Source: Bacilli bacterium (GTDB taxonomy: Bacteria > Bacillota_I > Bacilli_A > RF39 > UBA660). From it: a DNA stretch of 42,512 bases. Below are positions 36,522-42,512 of the stretch, in pieces (position 1 is the stretch's first letter; each line of letters opens with the position of its first letter). The translations under genes and the position numbers were made by a program. The DNA lies in NCBI GenBank assembly GCA_045650425.1, contig JAZRRD010000019.1, positions 1-42,512 of the forward strand. Reading direction: 5' to 3'. The notes under the pieces are model-generated. The model saw only the letters and a list, made by a program, of their open reading frames with translations. It did no database searches and was not told the DNA's origin.

Positions 36522-39118
36522 ATTTAAAGAAAATCAATTTTAGAAATAAAAATAAAAGGAAAAATGAAAAAAACGATCGTAAAAAACTATTAAATGCAAT
36601 TTTAGTATTTTTATCTATATTAGGTATAGGATTGGCATCACTAATACTAGTTTTTGCCCTATACATAATAATATCATCACCAGATTTTGATCAAGAACTT
36701 TTATATAGCCAAGAATCTACTGTAATGTATGATGTTAACAACAAAGAAATTGCTCGAATTGGAAGCGAAAATAGAGTTTTAATAACTTACGAAGAACTAC
36801 CACAAGTATTAATAGACGCATTAATAGCTACAGAAGATTCAAGATTCTTTCAACATAATGGATTAGACGGCGCAAGATTCTTAGTCGCTTCAATTAAACA
36901 AGCATTAGGAGATAACAGTGCTGGTGGAGCCTCTACACTATCAATGCAAGTTATAAAAAACACTTATACAGGAAAACAAGCTGATGGAATAAAAGGTATT
37001 ATACGTAAATTTACTGATATCTATATGGCAGTATTTAAATTAGAAAGCAAATATACTAAAGAAGAAATCATCGAATTTTATTTTAATTCTCAATGGCTTG
37101 GTTATGATGGTAATTTAAATTATAGTGGAATATATGGCGTTGAACAAGCCAGTCAATATTATTTTGGTAAATCAGTTAGTGACTTAACTTTAGCAGAAGC
37201 TTCAATGTTGGTTGGAATGTTCCAAAACCCGTATTATTACAATCCTTATAAAAACCCAGAAATAACAACAAAAAGAAGAAGTACTGTTTTGAAATTAATG
37301 GTTAAACATGGTTACATAACTGAAGAAGAAAGACTAAATGCAGAAAAAATATCTATTCAATCTTTATTAAAAGAAAAAAATTCTATAACAACTAGTCCTT
37401 ATCAAGCTTTTATAGATTATGTTATTGATGAGGTTGAAGAAAATACAGGTATTAATCCAATTAAAACTCCAATGGCAATCTATACAACAATTGATCCAAA
37501 TGTTCAAAAACATATAACTGATATAGAAAATGGAAATACTTATAAATGGCCAAATGAAGTCTTACAAATGGGATTAGCAATAACATCTGTTAAAGATGGT
37601 TCTATCGTAGGTATGAGTGGCGGAAGAGATTATGCTGCCAAAGGTCTTAATAGATCTACTGACATAAATAACCAACCTGGTTCAACTGCTAAAATTTTAT
37701 TTGACTACGCCCCATATATAGAATATTTAAACGGTTCAACGTATTCAATGTTCTTAGATGAATCATATACATATTCAAATGGAACTAAAATAAGCAATGC
37801 CGACAACAAATACAGAGGACTTCAAACAATGCGTCAAGCATTAAGTTCATCTAGAAATATCCCTGCATTACAAGCATTTCAAGCAGTAAGTAATTTAGAC
37901 CAAAATCTAATTTCAGACTTTGTTCACAGCTTAGGAATTAATTATGGTAAAGATTTATATGAATCTGCTTCTATCGGAGGATTTAATGGGACTAATCCCC
38001 TAGAAATGAGTGCAGCATATGGAGCCTTTGCTAGAGGTGGTTATTATATTAAGCCTTATGGATATACTAAAGCGATTGATTTAGCAAATGAGAAAGTATA
38101 CGAAAATAAATATACTAAAGATAAAGTTATGAGTGAAGAAACAGCTTATTTAATTACTAGCATCTTAGAAACCGCACAAGATAATGGTGTTGGTGGTAAA
38201 ATAAATGTTTCAGGTACAGATGTAGCTGCTAAAGGTGGTACTACAAACCTAGATTCTAAATCAGAAAAAGATAAAGGGTTACCAGGCGGAGTTACACCAG
38301 ACCACTGGAATATAACTTATTCCCCTGATTATACAATTGCTCTTTGGGTTGGATATGATACAGTTACAAAAGATTACTATTTAACTTCATCCAAAGGTGG
38401 AACAATAAGAAAAAATATTATGGGAACCCTTGGAACTAAAGTATATAAGAAAAATTCTAAATTTACTAAACCAAAAGGAGTCGTTTCTGTTGAAGTAGAA
38501 AAAGAAACATTCCCTGCTCAACTGCCAAGTGAATATACTCCAGCAAATATGCGAATAACAGAATTATTTAAAAAAGGAACCGAACCATCTGAAGTATCTA
38601 CAAGATATAGTCAACTAGAAGCTCCTAAAAATGGTAGTTATACATTTGATGGAACTAATATAAAACTTACATGGGATTCGATTAATATTCCAGATGCTAT
38701 AAATTCAACAAAATTACAAGAACATTTTAATGAGTATTATTACAATCACGCTTCAAATTATTATCAAAAAAGAATTAATTATAATAACTCTAATATTGGT
38801 ACTTTAGGTTATCAAATATATTTAAAAGATGGTAATGGAAATTTACAAAGTTTAGGTTTCACAAATAATAATAGTTTTAATTATCAAGTGACACCAGGAA
38901 ATACCACATATACTTTTATTATTAAATCTGCTTATAGTATTTTTAAATCAAACATGAGCAATGGTCTTAGTATTACAGTTTCTGTAAAAATGGATTCTAC
39001 AGTCGAAGATATTGTAAAAACGGAACAAGAGCCTAATACAAACAATTCTGAAAACACTTTTAATGAAAACTTAAATACTGATAATACATTAAATAACGAT
39101 TCTATTGAATCAAATTAA
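36518..39118 (+). CDS. ponA: Class A PBP (PBP1A) with C-terminal FN3-like domain
   Basis: EDSRFFQH.G, GASTLSMQ, RKF; SxxK (PGSTAK), SRN, KGGT; follows recU. Confidence 0.93.
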   Translation: MNLKKINFRNKNKRKNEKNDRKKLLNAILVFLSILGIGLASLILVFALYIIISSPDFDQELLYSQESTVMYDVNNKEIARIGSENRVLITYEELPQVLIDALIATEDSRFFQHNGLDGARFLVASIKQALGDNSAGGASTLSMQVIKNTYTGKQADGIKGIIRKFTDIYMAVFKLESKYTKEEIIEFYFNSQWLGYDGNLNYSGIYGVEQASQYYFGKSVSDLTLAEASMLVGMFQNPYYYNPYKNPEITTKRRSTVLKLMVKHGYITEEERLNAEKISIQSLLKEKNSITTSPYQAFIDYVIDEVEENTGINPIKTPMAIYTTIDPNVQKHITDIENGNTYKWPNEVLQMGLAITSVKDGSIVGMSGGRDYAAKGLNRSTDINNQPGSTAKILFDYAPYIEYLNGSTYSMFLDESYTYSNGTKISNADNKYRGLQTMRQALSSSRNIPALQAFQAVSNLDQNLISDFVHSLGINYGKDLYESASIGGFNGTNPLEMSAAYGAFARGGYYIKPYGYTKAIDLANEKVYENKYTKDKVMSEETAYLITSILETAQDNGVGGKINVSGTDVAAKGGTTNLDSKSEKDKGLPGGVTPDHWNITYSPDYTIALWVGYDTVTKDYYLTSSKGGTIRKNIMGTLGTKVYKKNSKFTKPKGVVSVEVEKETFPAQLPSEYTPANMRITELFKKGTEPSEVSTRYSQLEAPKNGSYTFDGTNIKLTWDSINIPDAINSTKLQEHFNEYYYNHASNYYQKRINYNNSNIGTLGYQIYLKDGNGNLQSLGFTNNNSFNYQVTPGNTTYTFIIKSAYSIFKSNMSNGLSITVSVKMDSTVEDIVKTEQEPNTNNSENTFNENLNTDNTLNNDSIESN

Positions 39119-39143
39119 AAACACGAAGTACTTCGTGTTTTTT
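39117..39143. terminator. Bidirectional terminator between ponA and dnaI
   Basis: Palindrome AAAAACACGAAGTACTTCGTGTTTTT between convergent stops. Confidence 0.8.
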
Positions 39144-40033
39144 TATTTTCTTCGATTTATACTCAGCATTTCTACATCGATTGTAAGTTGTTTAATTCTT
39201 TCAATAATTCTTCTAGCCTTAACTATATCTTCGTTATTCTTTGACGAAGCTAAATGTCTTTCTAGCTCATCAATAGTTAAATTTGAAGTAAAAAACGTTG
39301 GCATATTATTATTCATACGACTCTGTAATATTGTACCTAATACTTCATCTCTTCCCCATTCTGAAACTTTCTCTGCCCCAATGTCATCAATTAGCAGTAA
39401 ATCTACAGTCTGATAATAATTTAACTTTGCATTAAATAAATTCCAATCATCTTTTAATGTTCTTAGAGCTTCAGGGAAATATACTATTTCAGCGGAAACT
39501 TTTTTATTAAGTCTAAGTTCGTTAAATAACGCTGCTATTAAATATGTTTTTCCACATCCGAAGTTACCATGTAAATATAATCCCTTCATTGCTTTACTTA
39601 CATCATATTGGTCATAAAATTTAAGTATCCATTTAATAACTTCTGCGCGATTTAAATCTGAAGCATCTATATCTTTAAATCTAGCCTGTTCCAATTCTTT
39701 AGCAGAAGTTAATTTATTTTCTAAAACTTCTTTATGATTCTTTTGAAATTTGCAAGCTGAATAAGCAAAAGTCAATTTATCATTTTCAACTTGAGGATAA
39801 CATACATGCCCAATTACTTTATTTTTACACTCATATAAGCCATGACAATTTTTACAACGTTCCAATTCCTCTACAGTATCTAATAACTTTGTTGTATTCT
39901 TTTTTAATACTTCTTCACTTATTTTCAATTTTTTACACAATTTACAAAACATCTGATTTTGTTTTGCTTCATTAAAACTCACATCTAAAGAATTATTTAT
40001 ATCTTTAAGAGCCGTTAATTTTAATGGTTCCAT
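39143..40033 (-). CDS. dnaI: Primosomal helicase loader DnaI
   Basis: Zn-binding Cys, GLYLHGNFGCGKT, LLIDDIGAE, FFTSN. Confidence 0.95.
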   Translation of the reverse strand: MEPLKLTALKDINNSLDVSFNEAKQNQMFCKLCKKLKISEEVLKKNTTKLLDTVEELERCKNCHGLYECKNKVIGHVCYPQVENDKLTFAYSACKFQKNHKEVLENKLTSAKELEQARFKDIDASDLNRAEVIKWILKFYDQYDVSKAMKGLYLHGNFGCGKTYLIAALFNELRLNKKVSAEIVYFPEALRTLKDDWNLFNAKLNYYQTVDLLLIDDIGAEKVSEWGRDEVLGTILQSRMNNNMPTFFTSNLTIDELERHLASSKNNEDIVKARRIIERIKQLTIDVEMLSINRRK

Positions 40034-40037
40034 ATTA

Positions 40038-41306
40038 TCACCTAAATTCTTTTAAAAGCGCTTCTAGTTCTTCCTTTTCTTCCTGTGAAGCTTCAGTTTT
40101 ATTTATCTCCTTATTAAACCACGTTGGTTCTTTAACTGATTTAATTTTGTTCTCTTTAGTTTTATTTTTCTTTTTATATTCTTTTTCAGCATACTCCATT
40201 GCTTGAGATGCTGTTTCTATTTTAGCTCTTTTCCATTGACCAGCAATAGTTTCAATAAATCCACTTGTTAATTTATTATTGTTTAATTTTAAAGAATAAT
40301 CAATTAAAACATTAACTACAGCAGGATGAAGTTCTAAATCAATTAATAACATTTCTAACAATTTTAAATCTCTTGAGGTCGGATTAACACCATTGTACTT
40401 ACTTTTAAGAAAATCATACGGTGTCGTGTTTTCAAAAACAGCTATTATTCTTCCTCTTTTAGTATTATCTCCGTTCGGATTTTTTAAATATTCAGGTTGA
40501 GTTCTATAAATTAATGTAGGCAATCCTCCATTATTATACTGATAATATTTTCTACACATTTTTCTAAGTTCTTCTTTATTTAAAATACCCTTTTCAGAAA
40601 TTGTCAATCTTATTAATTCACACATTTTCAATGTATCAATATTATAAATAAAAGATAAATTATTTAATAATAATCTTAATTTCTTATTTAACATTTTCTC
40701 ATTAAAAAGTGAACTTGGTAAAGTTTCTATTAACAGTTCAAAATCTATCTGACCAGTAGCATCTACTAGACCAACATTTCTTTCTTTAACATCAAATGTG
40801 GGAATTATATTAGACGAAGTAAAAGTCTCTGTAATTCTTTTACTAATATCTTTATAATCATCCAAATTAACATTAACTTTTTGATATTGTTTTTTTAATA
40901 ACTCATATTCGTACTTACCAATATTATTATACAAAACAACGTTAAAAATAGGATGATTAAAGAATTCAGTAGCAGTTAATGGGGAATATAATTCATAAAT
41001 ATACTCATTTATATCACCCTGCTTAACGTAAGTTTTCAAAAGTCCTACAGATTCTAAACACTCTCTATTAACTTTTATTTGATTTAAATCCATTTTTAAT
41101 ACAGTCATTAAATGATGATGAGAATAATCAATACTCATAATTTCTAACTTATCTAAGTCCATCCATAAAGTTAGATATAAACTTACTGCAGCATATCCTA
41201 TAATAGGTTCATATAAAGCAATTAAATTTTTCTTATCAGCTTCGGTAAGAATTGTTTTATTTACTACTAAATATTTGTCTGCTGGTAATAAATTTAATAT
41301 TTTCAT
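40038..41306 (-). CDS. dnaB: Replication initiation/membrane attachment protein DnaB (Bacillus-type)
   Basis: LYEPIIG..AVSLY, LESVGLLKTY, VVNVLIDY...IETIAGQW, EPTW; upstream of dnaI. Confidence 0.92.
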   Translation of the reverse strand: MKILNLLPADKYLVVNKTILTEADKKNLIALYEPIIGYAAVSLYLTLWMDLDKLEIMSIDYSHHHLMTVLKMDLNQIKVNRECLESVGLLKTYVKQGDINEYIYELYSPLTATEFFNHPIFNVVLYNNIGKYEYELLKKQYQKVNVNLDDYKDISKRITETFTSSNIIPTFDVKERNVGLVDATGQIDFELLIETLPSSLFNEKMLNKKLRLLLNNLSFIYNIDTLKMCELIRLTISEKGILNKEELRKMCRKYYQYNNGGLPTLIYRTQPEYLKNPNGDNTKRGRIIAVFENTTPYDFLKSKYNGVNPTSRDLKLLEMLLIDLELHPAVVNVLIDYSLKLNNNKLTSGFIETIAGQWKRAKIETASQAMEYAEKEYKKKNKTKENKIKSVKEPTWFNKEINKTEASQEEKEELEALLKEFR

Positions 41307-41371
41307 ATTGTCACCTTCTTTTCAAACTATTATATACGATATATTTTTTTATCACAAGAAAAACAACTTAT

Positions 41372-41515
41372 TTACTTAAGGAAAAAATATATAACCATGC
41401 ATAATAATATTAATAATATAAAAAGCAATATAATAATAACGGTATTATTAAAATTATTAGCTTTTTTTCGTTCAATTATATTATTTAAAATCTCTTTATT
41501 TTTATCTTCATTCAT
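41372..41515 (-). CDS. 47-aa tail-anchored small membrane protein
   Basis: GGAGTGA RBS; MNEDKNKEILNNIIERKKANNFNNTVIIILLFILLILLCMVIYFFLK. Confidence 0.65.
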   Translation of the reverse strand: MNEDKNKEILNNIIERKKANNFNNTVIIILLFILLILLCMVIYFFLK

Positions 41516-41576
41516 AGTAATCACTCCAAATAAATTATAATTTATATTTATAATTAATGCAACTTTTAAAAAAGTA

Positions 41577-41605
41577 TTGTCAAATCCATTTTATTGTGTT
41601 ATTAT
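41577..41605 (+). promoter_or_regulatory. tRNA promoter
   Basis: TTGTCA-17-TATTAT with extended TG. Confidence 0.7.
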
Positions 41606-41622
41606 TTAATTACTTTGGAAAT

Positions 41623-41699
41623 GGCGATGTAGCTCAGCTGGCTAGAGCACCCGGTTCATACCCGGTAGGTCGTGAGTTCGAATCTCTCCGTCGCTACCA
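41623..41699 (+). tRNA. tRNA-Met(CAU), elongator type
   Basis: GGCGATG/CGTCGCT acceptor stem, TT-CAT-AC loop, GTTCGAATC, encoded CCA; resembles Bacillus elongator tRNA-Met. Confidence 0.93.
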
Positions 41700-41710
41700 T
41701 AAGGAAATCT

Positions 41711-41766
41711 GCTCGAACTTTTCGAGCTTTAATAAATAACTAATTCAGAAATGGATTAGTTTTTTT
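41711..41766 (+). terminator. Two hairpins/terminator after tRNA-Met
   Basis: GCTCGAA-ctt-TTCGAGC, then AACTAATTC-agaaat-GGATTAGTT plus T-run. Confidence 0.65.
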
Positions 41767-41804
41767 GTGTTTAAAAAACTATCCTAGAAAGAAAGGATGG
41801 TATT

Positions 41805-42071
41805 ATGGTAAATATTATTAAAGAAGAATTACCTATTGAAGAATCGTTAAAAAGGAAGTTAGAACTAATATGTGAATTTTCTAAGGTAGCTACTATTATA
41901 AATGGGAATATTAGAAAGATAGATAAAACTAATTTAAATTATATTGAACCTAATAGAGTTATCATTAAAGATAAAACAATTAAAACTCTTACCAAAAATA
42001 ATAAAGCACTTACTTTAAGAGTTAAAACTTTAAACAATAATATAAAAGAAAAAGACGATTACGAACTGTAA
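41805..42071 (+). CDS. Hypothetical 88-aa protein, possible mobile-element remnant
   Basis: GAAAGGA RBS; directly 3' of the tRNA; no recognisable domain. Confidence 0.45.
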   Translation: MVNIIKEELPIEESLKRKLELICEFSKVATIINGNIRKIDKTNLNYIEPNRVIIKDKTIKTLTKNNKALTLRVKTLNNNIKEKDDYEL

Positions 42072-42096
42072 TTGTCTTTTAAAAATATAAATTTGT

Positions 42097-42512
42097 TTAG
42101 ATATTAAAATTACCTTTTTTAAATACCAATTTTTTTCCATTTTGTGTATCAGCAATTATTTCTAAATCAGGAGTTCCAATCATAAAATCCACATGCACAT
42201 TTGAACTATTAATCCCTAAGGCATCCAATTCTTCTTGAGTTATATTTTGAGAAGTATTTATTGTGCTTGGGTTCCCTCTTCCAAGTGCTAAATGACATGA
42301 AGCATTTTCATCGAATAGAGTATTATAAAAAATTATTCCTGTATTAGATATGGGTGAATTGTTATTAACCAAAGCAACTTCACCTAAACGATTTGAATTT
42401 TTATAATTTTCAATTAATCGTTTTAAAATTTCATTTCCAGTTTTTGCTTTGTATTTTACTGCAATACCATCCCTAAACTCAATATAAAAATCATCTATAA
42501 TATTTCCTTGAA
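42097..42512 (-). CDS. M29 aminopeptidase (AmpS/PepS), 3' part; runs off the window
   Basis: Frame open to the window edge; RLGEVALV, NTLFDENASCHLALG, S.VHVDFMIG. Confidence 0.92.
   Translation of the reverse strand, partial: QGNIIDDFYIEFRDGIAVKYKAKTGNEILKRLIENYKNSNRLGEVALVNNNSPISNTGIIFYNTLFDENASCHLALGRGNPSTINTSQNITQEELDALGINSSNVHVDFMIGTPDLEIIADTQNGKKLVFKKGNFNI

Noticed and set aside
359-40206. Short antisense or alternate-frame ORFs (e.g. 359, 1051, 2954, 3430, 4520, 11202, 16211, 24661, 26834, 39105, 40024)
   Set aside because: They overlap well-supported genes and lack RBS or motifs.
41623-41699. Initiator tRNA or tRNA-Ile2 identity
   Set aside because: No C1:A72 mismatch or three consecutive G-C pairs in the anticodon stem; the sequence resembles elongator tRNA-Met.
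41557-41739. 60-aa ORF
   Set aside because: Shadow of tRNA-Met and its promoter.

Overview
Core-chromosome segment of a very AT-rich, genetic-code-11, walled Bacilli genome. Gene content and style suggest a reduced, probably uncultured gut lineage such as RF39; this is inference. Most genes lie on the - strand. Housekeeping blocks: uppP; mraZ-rsmH-ftsL-pbp; tyrS; ytxG/ytxH; trmB; rimP-nusA-ylxR-infB-rbfA-truB; ftsK; recA; pgsA; gpsB-rnpB; recU-ponA; dnaB-dnaI; tRNA-Met. Interleaved sporulation genes (cotJA/B fusion, cotJC, cse60, coat-like peptides) have sigmaK/E/G-like promoters. Most striking: (1) a minimal Tyr T-box with an ultrashort Stem I, no Stem II, and a possible terminator formed by extending the antiterminator helix, upstream of HAD hydrolase-tyrS; (2) a G9 tract in the -35/-10 spacer of a SipW/TasA-type LRR surface-protein gene, a candidate phase-variation switch; (3) a ~42-bp palindrome/hairpin element found twice at stop codons; (4) tandem Cys-His-Asp paralogues; (5) a ClpC paralogue with a degenerate second ATPase domain, a motor-less SftA-like protein and an orphan pilin. 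No CRISPR array, transposase or integrase was seen.
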